The translations under genes and the position numbers were made by a program. Shown in pieces: positions 46,686 to 55,647 of a stretch of 64,000 nucleotides of DNA (position 1 is its first letter; the number at the start of each line of letters is the position of its first letter). The stretch lies in assembly GCA_963777165.1 (NCBI GenBank), contig CAVZPO010000021.1:140187-204186 (forward strand). Direction: 5' to 3'. The notes under the pieces are model-generated. The model searched no databases and had not been told where the DNA came from. It was given only the letters and a program-made list of their open reading frames with translations. This DNA is from an uncultured Chloroflexia bacterium (GTDB lineage Bacteria; Chloroflexota; Anaerolineae; Anaerolineales; E44-bin32).

Positions 46686-46834
46686 GGAGCGCGATCCGGC
46701 GCGGCGCGGCCGAGCCTTGGCCGAGCTCTCCGAGCGCAGCGTCTGTGCTCTGCCTCGTCATCCGCCGGACGCCGAAGACGCCACCCGCGGCTGGGCGCGG
46801 CAACCGCCCCGAAGCCGACAGGAGCGCAAGGCAG

Positions 46835-48133
46835 CTACCCCGCTGGATTGACCACCCGACCCAGGAAGAGAATCGTCCCGGTCTGACCGTCGCGGATCAG
46901 GTACAGGAACGGGCGGTCGATGGTGAAGCTGATCGGCTCGTCGGCGGGAGCCGAGGTCACCGACATGATCACGGCCGTGGCGGCGGCTGCCTCGGTGCCC
47001 TTCTCGTCCACCAGCACAAACGCCTTGTGAAGCACATCGCTGATATACAGATCCCGGGCGTCATCCATGCCGGAGAAGTCCGCCCGGTCGGGATCGAAGG
47101 CGTCCGGCATCCCCAGACCGATGAGGGCGTCATTCAGGCTGAAGCTCGATGTGTAGCTGAACTTGGGCAGGGTCAGGATCACGAGCCCGTGGGTCAGGCT
47201 TCCGGAAAGACCCTGGATCATCTCCGAGCTCAATCTCTCTTCGACAGCCTCGAACTCGCCCTCGTCGGGCAGGATAATCAGCATCGAGCTGTTTCCGTTC
47301 AAGTAGGATAGCTCGAGCGCCCGGTATCCATCCCCCATCGCATACCCGTACGACTCGGTCTGATGCATCATGGGGACGTCAAGCGTCGATCCGTCAAGAA
47401 GGTGGAAGGGCTCCGGGCCGGTGGCGCTCTCTTCGAAGGGATGAAGCCAGCCCGCCTTGAAGTAGATGGCATTGGCCAGAACCAGGCGTGTCATCGCGTC
47501 GACGGCACCTTCGGGGATCAGGTCCTGGATCTTCTTGCGGGTTTCGCTGCTCACCCAATCGTTGATCGCCCGGCGGGAGGCATCGGGGTCGGCCATGTAG
47601 TCGACCAGGCGCATGCCCGCGCCGTAGTTCTCCCCCAGCAGGTCGAGGAATTCGCCTCGGAACGGGAAGTCCCGCTGGCCCCACAACGAGTTGGCAATGC
47701 TCAGCTCGAACGGCGTCCCCTCGGTCGCCTGCGCGGCACGCGCCTCGAGGTCGAGGGCGTAGGCGTTGAAGGCGGGGTGCAGGCGCTCCGGGGGCAGGTC
47801 GAAGTGGAGAGCGGCCGCCATCTGGCTGGCGGTCTCTCCGGCGGCGCCGGCGTAGGTCATGGCGAGCGCGGTGGAGATGCTGTAAGGGGAGAAGAACAGG
47901 TTGCCTGGCGCCTGGCGCAATGCGGCGTACAAGTCCGTGGCGAAAGCGGCGTTGCCTTCGGCCAGTGCGGAGAGATCGCCCTGGTTGGCGACGGGGCCCC
48001 GATCGCGTGGTTTATCGGAGATGACCAGCGATGAACCCGGCGGGACGTTCGGCGATGTGGGGGCGCCACAGCCGGCCAAGACAGACAGGAAGAGTGCGAG
48101 AACCATCACGGACGCAAGCGGGAAGCGGTTCAT
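46835..48133 (-). CDS. serpin family serine-protease inhibitor, lipoprotein
   Basis: Signal and lipobox LSVLAGC. NLFFSPYSISTALAMTYAGAAGETASQM; hinge/RCL region GTEAAAATAVIMSVTSA; FTIDRPFLYLIRD. Confidence 0.9.
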   Translation of the reverse strand: MNRFPLASVMVLALFLSVLAGCGAPTSPNVPPGSSLVISDKPRDRGPVANQGDLSALAEGNAAFATDLYAALRQAPGNLFFSPYSISTALAMTYAGAAGETASQMAAALHFDLPPERLHPAFNAYALDLEARAAQATEGTPFELSIANSLWGQRDFPFRGEFLDLLGENYGAGMRLVDYMADPDASRRAINDWVSSETRKKIQDLIPEGAVDAMTRLVLANAIYFKAGWLHPFEESATGPEPFHLLDGSTLDVPMMHQTESYGYAMGDGYRALELSYLNGNSSMLIILPDEGEFEAVEERLSSEMIQGLSGSLTHGLVILTLPKFSYTSSFSLNDALIGLGMPDAFDPDRADFSGMDDARDLYISDVLHKAFVLVDEKGTEAAAATAVIMSVTSAPADEPISFTIDRPFLYLIRDGQTGTILFLGRVVNPAG

Positions 48134-48446
48134 CGTGTTTCCCTCCCTTGATCAGACGCCGGTGCCGGGCGAGGAGTTCCCCAGGCAGCGCGATCAGGCT
48201 GGTGCCGCCGAGGCGCATGGCCGCAGCGTGCAGTGGACCGCCTGGCGCTCGAACGCGGCAGATGAGTTGAAGGCACTCTACGCGGAGCCGACCCGGCAAG
48301 AGGGGCGTGGCAGTAACCCTGGAAGGGGTTGTCCCCTTCAAGGGCCGCCGGCAACCATTCACATTCCGTCCATGGCGGCGTCACGCGGCGCGCTGGATCT
48401 CAAGGCGGAGCTTCCGGCCCTCAGGGGGAGGCACGGGCATCAGCCC

Positions 48447-49149
48447 TCAGTCTTCGTCTGCCTGGATCCTGAGTCGGTAGCCTACCCCCGGCTCAGTGAC
48501 GATGTGCGTGGGACGCGAAGCATCGGGTTCGATCTTCCGTCTCAGGTTGCTGACATTCACGCGCAGTAGGTGCGCTTCCTGTTCGTAGCCAGCGCCCCAG
48601 ACCTGCCGGAGGATCTGATGGTGGGTCAGTACCTTTCCGGCATTGGTGACGAGCGCGCGGAGGATGTCGTACTCCGTCGGCGTGAGCTGCACCTCATTCC
48701 CTGCGACGGTCACCATGCGGCGCCCCAGGTCGACCGTGAGATTGCCGGAGACGAACACCGGTGCGCTGTCTGACGGGGCCGCCCGCCGCATGCGCCACGC
48801 GCATGCGGGCGAGCAGCTCTCCGGCTCCGAATGGTTTGGTGAGGTAGTCGTCGGCGCCGGCGTCGAGGGCCTCGATCTTGTCGGCCTCTTGCCCTCGGAC
48901 CGAAAGGATGATGATCGGCACCGAGGCCCACTCGCGCACTCGGCGCGTGACCTCGCTTCCATCCATGTCCGGCAAGCCAAGGTCGAGAATGATCAGGTCC
49001 GGGCGGTGCGCAACAACTCCCGAGAGCGCTTCCGCTCCGGAAACCGCCGCAAAGACGGAATAGCCTTCCGCGGAAAGCGCCATGTGCAGGAAGCGCTGGA
49101 TGGCGGGCTCGTCGTCGACGACGAGGACCCGCAGCCCGTTCTCCGTCAT
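48447..49149 (-). pseudogene. kdpE: KdpE response regulator, +1 frame shift at about 48791
   Basis: REC domain LRVLVVDDEPAI...IILDLGLPDMDG...DDYLTKPFGAGELLARMRVA in one frame. The DNA-binding domain (RRAAPSDSAPVF..LTVDL...LTPTEYDILRALVTNAGKVLTHHQILRQVWG...GVGYRL) is in the next frame. Removing one base (t48791 on the + strand) gives RVALRR as in E. coli KdpE. The span is 703 nt. Confidence 0.85.
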
Positions 49150-51815
49150 CCGCTGGCCGCCTCACGCTCGGGGATGGCAATCGTGATCGTCGTGCCGCCA
49201 CCAGGGCGGTTTTCGGCGGCGATGAACCCTCCATGGGCCTCGACGATTCCTTTGCAGATCGACAACCCAAGGCCGCTCCCAGAGACACGACCCGGACGCT
49301 GGACGCGGTAGAACTTGTCAAACACGCGGTTGAGGTCCTCGGCGGGGATTCCAAGACCTCGGTCGGAGACCTCGATCTCCAATTGTCCCCCCGGTAGCTT
49401 CGCCTCGACGTCGATGGGCGAGTCCGGCGGAGAGTACTTGAGCGCGTTGTCGATGACGTTCACCAGAACCCGGGTCATCAACGCGAAATCCATGGGGACA
49501 AGCGGAAACTCCTCCGGTACCCGCACGTTCACACGGCGGTCCCCAAACCTCTCCTCGAGTTGGGCGAGGGCTGAGCCGATGACGTCCTGGACGTCGCTGG
49601 GTTCGAGGCGCAACCGCAGGGCACCGGCTTCGACACGCGTCATATCCAGCAGGTTTCCCACGAGCCGGTTCAGCCGCTCGGCCTCTTCCCGGGCATTCTT
49701 GATGAGCCCGCGCCGGCTGGCCTCGTCGAGTTGAGCGTCCTGGTCCTGCAGGCTGCTCAAGGCACCCGTGATGGACACCAGGGGAGTCCGCAGGTCATGC
49801 GAGATTGAGTTAAGCAATGCCGTCTGGAGCTGCTCGCCAGCCTGCAGCACCTGCGCCTGTCGCGCCTGTTCTGCCAGCTGCGCCCTCTCGATCGCGACGG
49901 CTGCCTGGCTGGCGAACGCTTCCATCAGCCGCTGTTGTTCTGGAGTCAGGTAGCCGTCGGGTTCCTCGGAGCCGCGGATCCCCAGGACGCCGAGGACACC
50001 GCGGGCGGTCTTCACCGGCAGGTAGCGCAGCTGGGCACCCGGGAGGGTGGTCGTGTTTCTCCCGGCCGGTTCGCCATGCCGCAAGACCCAATCGGCCACG
50101 GCCAATTCGTTTTCATCCAATTCCAACTCGCCGCTGCCGACGGTTGACGCCAGACGGCCATCTTCCTGGAGGAGGATCACGCCCTCCCGCCCGAAAGTGC
50201 CCTGGACGTGCCGGATGAGGGCCCGAAGGATGTCATTGAGGCCATATACCGCGGCCAGGTCGCGGCTGAGTTCGTACAGTTCGGTGGTCTGCTCCGCACG
50301 CAGGCGGGCCGCATCCGCCTGTTCGCGCGCCCGCGCGGCAAGCGTGCTGATCACGAGACCCACCAGGAACAGGCCGATGAAGGTTAGGACGTACTCGGTG
50401 TCGGTCACCGCGAAGGTGAAGCGCGGGGGCACGAAGAAGAAGTCGAATGCCAGCACGCTCAACACCGAGGCCAGGATGGAAGGGCCACGGCCAAGGAAGA
50501 CGGCAGAGATGACCACCACGACCAGGTACAGCATGACCAGGTTGACCGGCGAGAGCATCAAGGAGAATGGAACGCTGACCATTGTGGCGGCCACGACGAG
50601 AAAAGCGCTTTGCAGGTACCGGCGCCATGGGCGGTGCGGAACCCAGTCGCCAGTTTCCGCCGAGGTGGCTTGAGCCTCACCGCTGACGACGTAAACGTCG
50701 ATCGCTCCGCTTCTGCGAATCAATTGATCGACGATTTGTCCCTGCACCCAATCCTGCCAGCGCGATCGGAGCGGCTTCCCGGCGATGATCTTGGTGACAT
50801 TGTGGGCACGCGCGTAGTCCAAGGCAGTGGCGGCCACCGATTGGCCCGGGAGGGTCACGACCTGGGCGCCCAGGTCTTCTGCCAGACGCATGGTCCGAGC
50901 GACCCGCGCCTGAACCTCCTCCGGCGCCCGCCTGTCTTCCCCTGTCTCGACATGCAGGGCAGACCATTCCGCCCCGAGTTCGTCCGCCAACCGCCGCGCC
51001 GATCGAACAAGTCGCTCTCCGGCCGAACTGGTGCTGACGCACACCAGCAGCCTTTCACCCGCCGGCCAAGGCCCGGGAATGGCGCGGGTCTGCATGTAAG
51101 CGAGCATTTGCTCGTCGACGCGGCCGGCGGCGCGCCTCAGGGCCATCTCCCGCAGAGCAGTCAGATTCCCTTTGCGGAAGAAGCGCTCCACTGCCACCGC
51201 CGCCGTGTCGGGGACGTAGACTTTGCCGTCGTGCAACCGCTGGATCAGTTCGTCCGGCGGAAGGTCGACCAGTTTGATCTCCGCCGCCTCGTCCAGGAGG
51301 CTGTCCGGAATCGTCTCTCGGACGGTGATCCCGGTGATCTGGGCGACGGCGTCGTTCAGGCTCTCGAGGTGCTGGATGTTGAGCGTGGTGTAGACATCGA
51401 TCCCGGCCTCCAGCAAGTCGTGGACATCGTGGTGCCGCTTTGGGTGGCGGGACCCCGGCGCGTTAGTGTGGGCAAACTCGTCGACCAGAGCCAGTTGAGG
51501 GTGGCGGGCGAGGACCGCATCCACGTCCATTTCGGTCACGGTCGTTCGGCGATACTCCACCTGACGTCGCGGGGTGATCTCCAGCCCTTGGAGCAAAGCC
51601 TCCGTCTCCGCTCGTCCGTGAGTTTCGATAAACCCGACGACGACGTCCACGCCTTGCGCTTTGCGCTGCCGGGCCGCCTCGAGCATGGCATACGTCTTCC
51701 CGACGCCGGCCGCGTAGCCGAGAAAGATCTGCAGCTTGCCGCGTGCTTTCTCACGCTCCTCGGCTTGGACGCGGACCAACAGTTCGTCGGGGTCGGGTCT
51801 AGAAGTGACGCTCAT
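49146..51815 (-). CDS. kdpD: KdpD sensor histidine kinase (KdpD-N/Usp/DUF4118/GAF/HisKA/HATPase)
   Basis: 889 aa. GKLQIFLGYAAGVGKTYAML; DEFAHTN; TM block FDFFFVPPRFTFAV; H-box LNSISHDLRTPL; G box GSGLGLSICKG. The stop overlaps the kdpE start. Confidence 0.95.
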   Translation of the reverse strand: MSVTSRPDPDELLVRVQAEEREKARGKLQIFLGYAAGVGKTYAMLEAARQRKAQGVDVVVGFIETHGRAETEALLQGLEITPRRQVEYRRTTVTEMDVDAVLARHPQLALVDEFAHTNAPGSRHPKRHHDVHDLLEAGIDVYTTLNIQHLESLNDAVAQITGITVRETIPDSLLDEAAEIKLVDLPPDELIQRLHDGKVYVPDTAAVAVERFFRKGNLTALREMALRRAAGRVDEQMLAYMQTRAIPGPWPAGERLLVCVSTSSAGERLVRSARRLADELGAEWSALHVETGEDRRAPEEVQARVARTMRLAEDLGAQVVTLPGQSVAATALDYARAHNVTKIIAGKPLRSRWQDWVQGQIVDQLIRRSGAIDVYVVSGEAQATSAETGDWVPHRPWRRYLQSAFLVVAATMVSVPFSLMLSPVNLVMLYLVVVVISAVFLGRGPSILASVLSVLAFDFFFVPPRFTFAVTDTEYVLTFIGLFLVGLVISTLAARAREQADAARLRAEQTTELYELSRDLAAVYGLNDILRALIRHVQGTFGREGVILLQEDGRLASTVGSGELELDENELAVADWVLRHGEPAGRNTTTLPGAQLRYLPVKTARGVLGVLGIRGSEEPDGYLTPEQQRLMEAFASQAAVAIERAQLAEQARQAQVLQAGEQLQTALLNSISHDLRTPLVSITGALSSLQDQDAQLDEASRRGLIKNAREEAERLNRLVGNLLDMTRVEAGALRLRLEPSDVQDVIGSALAQLEERFGDRRVNVRVPEEFPLVPMDFALMTRVLVNVIDNALKYSPPDSPIDVEAKLPGGQLEIEVSDRGLGIPAEDLNRVFDKFYRVQRPGRVSGSGLGLSICKGIVEAHGGFIAAENRPGGGTTITIAIPEREAASG

Positions 51816-52127
51816 CGAATGGTCGAATCCATGTCGGGGTGGACGCCCTCGGTATGTGCGGAGGGATTGTCTCTATTCTATCTCTCGCTGACCGCCGGTG
51901 CTTCGGGCGCGATCTTGCACGCCGCGCCCGAAGGCCCGAAAGGACCGGCCCACCCCTCACGGGGGAATGCGTTTGTCGTAGGTTACACAACGTGAGCTCG
52001 GTATTGAACGGGCGGATCCCAGGCAAGATTACGTCCGGGTTCATGGGCTGGCCGAGAGTACCTTCGCGCGCGAGTGGTCACTCGCCGCGGGGACCCGGCC
52101 GGCTTCCGTACCTGAGGCGCTCGGCAG

Positions 52128-52719
52128 CTACAGATGCCCATCCAGCGCCAGGTTCAACTCGAGCACGTTGACCCGCGGCTCGCCCAGGATCCAGAGCTGG
52201 CGGCCTTGTGTGGAGCGATCCACAAGTTGCCGGACTTGATCCTCGGAGAGACCGCGCTCGCGAGCGACCCGCGGCAGCTGATAGAGTGCCGCGGCAACGC
52301 TGATGTGCGGATCAAGCCCGCTTCCGGAAGCCGTGACGAGATCCACCGGGATCGGGGAGCTATTTCCGGGGTCGGCTGCCTCCAAGGCGTCGATCCGCGC
52401 CTGTGCGGCAGCGACCAGGGCCGGGTTGAGCGGACCATAGTTAGAGCCGGAGGAGGCGGTGAGGTTCTCCGCGTTGAAGGCGTTGTACGGGAACGTGCCG
52501 GTCGCCGAGAGACGGCCCCAGAAGTACTTGGGATCTTCGAACGATTGTCCGATGAGCTCGGAGCCAACGGCCTGTCCATTGCTGAGAATCAAGCTGCCGT
52601 TGGCCTGGTGAGGGAAGACCAAGCTGTGCCACCCCGGTCACGACCAGCGGGTAGATTCCGCCGGTCAGGACCGTCAGGACAAGCAGCAGAAGGAAACCGG
52701 TCTTCAGTTGACTGATCAT
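52128..52719 (-). pseudogene. kdpC: K+-transporting ATPase subunit KdpC, +1 frame shift at about 52619-52622
   Basis: N-terminal [35 protein letters not shown] in one frame. The continuation [11 protein letters not shown]...ELIGQSF...[14 protein letters not shown]...LELNLALD is in the next frame. The span is 592 nt. Confidence 0.85.
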
Positions 52720-52726
52720 GGCATGC

Positions 52727-53506
52727 CTACTTTTCGGAGATAGCGGTCAACGTGGTCGCCCGAAGTTCGAGCTCGGTGGCATAGGCCCGCTCAAGGGACG
52801 TTGCCGCCAAGGCGGCCAGATCCCCCAGCAGACGGCTGTCCGGCGATGGAAGCCAGCCATGGCCTTGCCAGATGTGGATCTCTCCAATCAAGCCGGGAGC
52901 GGCCTCGATGGGGACGACTCGATCCGGCGGCTTGTCAATCGTCACGCCGGCAGGCGCCCTGACCACCGCCGGGATGGAACCGGTTTCGGCCTGCAGCGTG
53001 ACCTCGACCAGCGCGGCATAGAACGTCTGCTGGAGGCGCCGGGCCAGGGTGTGAAGGACGGACTGGCGCGTGCGCAGGCCGGCCAGGGCCAGGCTGAGTT
53101 CGTACATCAGCTTGGCGTCGCGCTCGCTGATGCGCGCCTTCGAGAGTGCATCTTGCATCCGTCCCACGACCAGGATGGCCACGCCCAGGAAGATCGTCAG
53201 GACCAGCCAGCCCTCCAGCTGACCAACGGCAAAGGTGAAGAAGGGAGGGATGAAGAAGAAGTTGAAGACCAACGTGGCCGTCACCGCGGCGCACATGCCC
53301 GGGAGCTGGCCCCAACGGCTCGAGCTCCACACGACGGCCGCCAGATACAGCAGGGCGATGACCGCTTCCCCGAGTGTCCGGCGGCCGAGCAAGAACATGG
53401 GGACGGTCAGGAAGAGCACCAGTACCGTGGCCATGGCACTCTGGTAGACAAGTTCGGCGGGCAGGTTGAGGCGAAGTCTCTTCATCACAGGTTCCTTTCG
53501 GATCAA
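52727..53506 (-). CDS. stand-alone DUF4118 + GAF-like protein (KdpD sensor-core paralog with no KdpD-N, Usp or kinase domains)
   Basis: TM block VTATLVFNFFFIPPFFTFAVGQLEGWL parallels KdpD FDFFFVPPRFTFAVTDTEYVL. It is followed by a coiled linker (ERDAKLMYELSLALAG vs TTELYELSRDLAA) and a GAF-like domain. The protein ends without an H-box. Confidence 0.7.
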   Translation of the reverse strand: MIRKEPVMKRLRLNLPAELVYQSAMATVLVLFLTVPMFLLGRRTLGEAVIALLYLAAVVWSSSRWGQLPGMCAAVTATLVFNFFFIPPFFTFAVGQLEGWLVLTIFLGVAILVVGRMQDALSKARISERDAKLMYELSLALAGLRTRQSVLHTLARRLQQTFYAALVEVTLQAETGSIPAVVRAPAGVTIDKPPDRVVPIEAAPGLIGEIHIWQGHGWLPSPDSRLLGDLAALAATSLERAYATELELRATTLTAISEK

Positions 53507-53525
53507 TGGGTATCTTGCCCTTGGA

Positions 53526-55643
53526 TCAGGTCAACCGCAGCGCGACGAGCAGGAGGTCGATGAGCTTGATCCCGATGAACGGTGCGATGACACCGCCGAC
53601 TCCGTAGATCAGCAAGTTGTCGCGCAGGATCCGCGCCGCCCCCAGCGGCCGATAGGGCACACCGCGCAGGGCCAGGGGAACCAGGGCGATGATGATCAGA
53701 GCGTTGAAGATCACTGCCGAGAGGATGGCGCTTTGCGGGGTCGCCAGCCGCATGAAGTTCAGCGCCGTCAGCACCGGATAGGTGGAGGCGAAGGCGGCCG
53801 GGATGATGGCGAAGTACTTCGCCACGTCGTTGGCAATGCTGAACGTCGTCAGGGCGCCGCGGGTCATCAGCAGCTGCTTGCCGATCTCCACGATCTCGAT
53901 CAGCTTGGTGGGGTTGCTGTCCAGATCTACCATGTTGGCCGCTTCGCGCGCCGGCTGGGTGCCGGTGTTCATGGCCACGGCGACATCGGCCTGCGCCAGG
54001 GCCGGTGCGTCATTCGTGCCGTCGCCGGTCATGGCGACCAGGCGACCGCCGGCCTGATGCTCGCGGATCAGCTTGAGCTTGGCCTCCGGCGTGGCCTGCG
54101 CCAGGAAATCGTCCACCCCGGCTTCGGCGGCGATGGCGGCGGCGGTCAGCGGGTTGTCACCCGTGATCATCACGGTCTTAATGCCCATCTTGCGCAAGTG
54201 CGCGAACCGCTCTTTGATTCCGCCCTTGACGATATCCTTCAAGTGGATCACGCCCAGCGCCTGTCCGTTGCGCGCCACCACCAAAGGTGTGCCCCCGCTG
54301 CGGGCGATCGTATCTACCGCGACCTGCAATTCCGGCGGGGTGTGGTTCCCCTGGCTGCGGATCAGCGTCTGCATCGTATCCGGGGCGCCCTTGCGGATCG
54401 TGGTCCCATCCGGCAGGTCCACGCCGCTCATCCGCGTTTGTGCGGTAAACGGGACGAAGTGCATCTCGGCCGAGCGTGCCTCGGCGGCAGCCCCCAGGGG
54501 TCCGGTGCCCACGGAGCGGGCGCGCAAGCCGTACTTCTCCTTCGCCAGGACCACGATGCTTCGTCCCTCCGGTGTCTCGTCGGCCAGGGAAGCCAGCTGG
54601 GCAGCTTCGGCCAGCGTCTCCGGCGGGGTCATCCCCACCGGAACGAACTCCACCGCCTGCCGGTTGCCGAGCGTGATCGTGCCGGTCTTGTCCAGCAGCA
54701 GCACGTCGACGTCCCCGGCCGCCTCCACCGCGCGGCCGGACATGGCGATGACGTTGCGCTGGATCATGCGGTCCATCCCGGCAATGCCGATGGCCGAGAG
54801 CAGGCCGCCGATGGTCGTGGGGATCAGGCACACCAGCAGAGCGACCAGCACGGTAATGGTGATCGGGATCCCCATGCCAGCGGCCCGCACGCTGAACAGC
54901 GAGTAGGGCAGCAGCGTGGAGCACACGACAAGGAAGATGACCGTGAAGCCGGCCAGCAGGATGTTCAGGGCGATCTCGTTCGGCGTCTTCTGCCGCTTGG
55001 CGCCCTCCACCAGGCTGATCATGCGGTCCAGGAACCCCTCCCCGGGGTCGGCCGTGACGCGGATGATGAGCCAGTCCGAGAGCACGCGCGTGCCGCCCGT
55101 GACGGCGCTGCGATCGCCGCCCGCTTCACGGATCACAGGGGCGCTCTCTCCGGTGACGGCGCTTTCGTCGACGGAGGCAATGCCCTCGACGATCTCACCG
55201 TCGGCCGGGATGATGTCGTTGACCTCGACCAGGAACGCATCGTCCTTGCGCAGCCCGATGGAGGAAACCAGCTCCACCTCGGCGTCGCGGCGCGGGGCGC
55301 GCAGCTTCTTGGCCCTGGTCTCCTTGCGCGTCTTGCGCAGCGCCTCGGCCTGGGCTTTGCCGCGCCCCTCGGCCACCGCCTCGGCGAAGTTGGCGAACAG
55401 GACGGTGAACCACAGCCACAGCGCCACCGCCCCGATGAACCCGACCGGTGCCTCGCCGCGTCCGGCAAGGGCCTGGATCCAGAGAGCGGTCGTGAGCACG
55501 CTGCCGACCTCGACGACGAACATCACCGGGTTGCGGACTTCCAGGCGCGGGTCGAGCTTGCGGAAGGAGTCCCAGATGGCACGCTGGTAGAGCTGTCGGC
55601 GGTAAGATGGTTGTTTCTTGAGTTGCATCGTATGTGTTGTCAT
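53526..55643 (-). CDS. kdpB: K+-transporting P-type ATPase subunit KdpB
   Basis: 705 aa; [10 protein letters not shown] phosphorylation site; TGDNPLTA; [21 protein letters not shown]. Confidence 0.95.
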   Translation of the reverse strand: MTTHTMQLKKQPSYRRQLYQRAIWDSFRKLDPRLEVRNPVMFVVEVGSVLTTALWIQALAGRGEAPVGFIGAVALWLWFTVLFANFAEAVAEGRGKAQAEALRKTRKETRAKKLRAPRRDAEVELVSSIGLRKDDAFLVEVNDIIPADGEIVEGIASVDESAVTGESAPVIREAGGDRSAVTGGTRVLSDWLIIRVTADPGEGFLDRMISLVEGAKRQKTPNEIALNILLAGFTVIFLVVCSTLLPYSLFSVRAAGMGIPITITVLVALLVCLIPTTIGGLLSAIGIAGMDRMIQRNVIAMSGRAVEAAGDVDVLLLDKTGTITLGNRQAVEFVPVGMTPPETLAEAAQLASLADETPEGRSIVVLAKEKYGLRARSVGTGPLGAAAEARSAEMHFVPFTAQTRMSGVDLPDGTTIRKGAPDTMQTLIRSQGNHTPPELQVAVDTIARSGGTPLVVARNGQALGVIHLKDIVKGGIKERFAHLRKMGIKTVMITGDNPLTAAAIAAEAGVDDFLAQATPEAKLKLIREHQAGGRLVAMTGDGTNDAPALAQADVAVAMNTGTQPAREAANMVDLDSNPTKLIEIVEIGKQLLMTRGALTTFSIANDVAKYFAIIPAAFASTYPVLTALNFMRLATPQSAILSAVIFNALIIIALVPLALRGVPYRPLGAARILRDNLLIYGVGGVIAPFIGIKLIDLLLVALRLT

Positions 55644-55647
55644 GGCC

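Noticed and set aside
48300-48345. Hairpin GAAGGGG-acaa-CCCCTTC downstream of kdpE as a terminator.
   Set aside because: The 7-bp stem is real, but no U-tract follows on the minus strand. The evidence is too weak to annotate.
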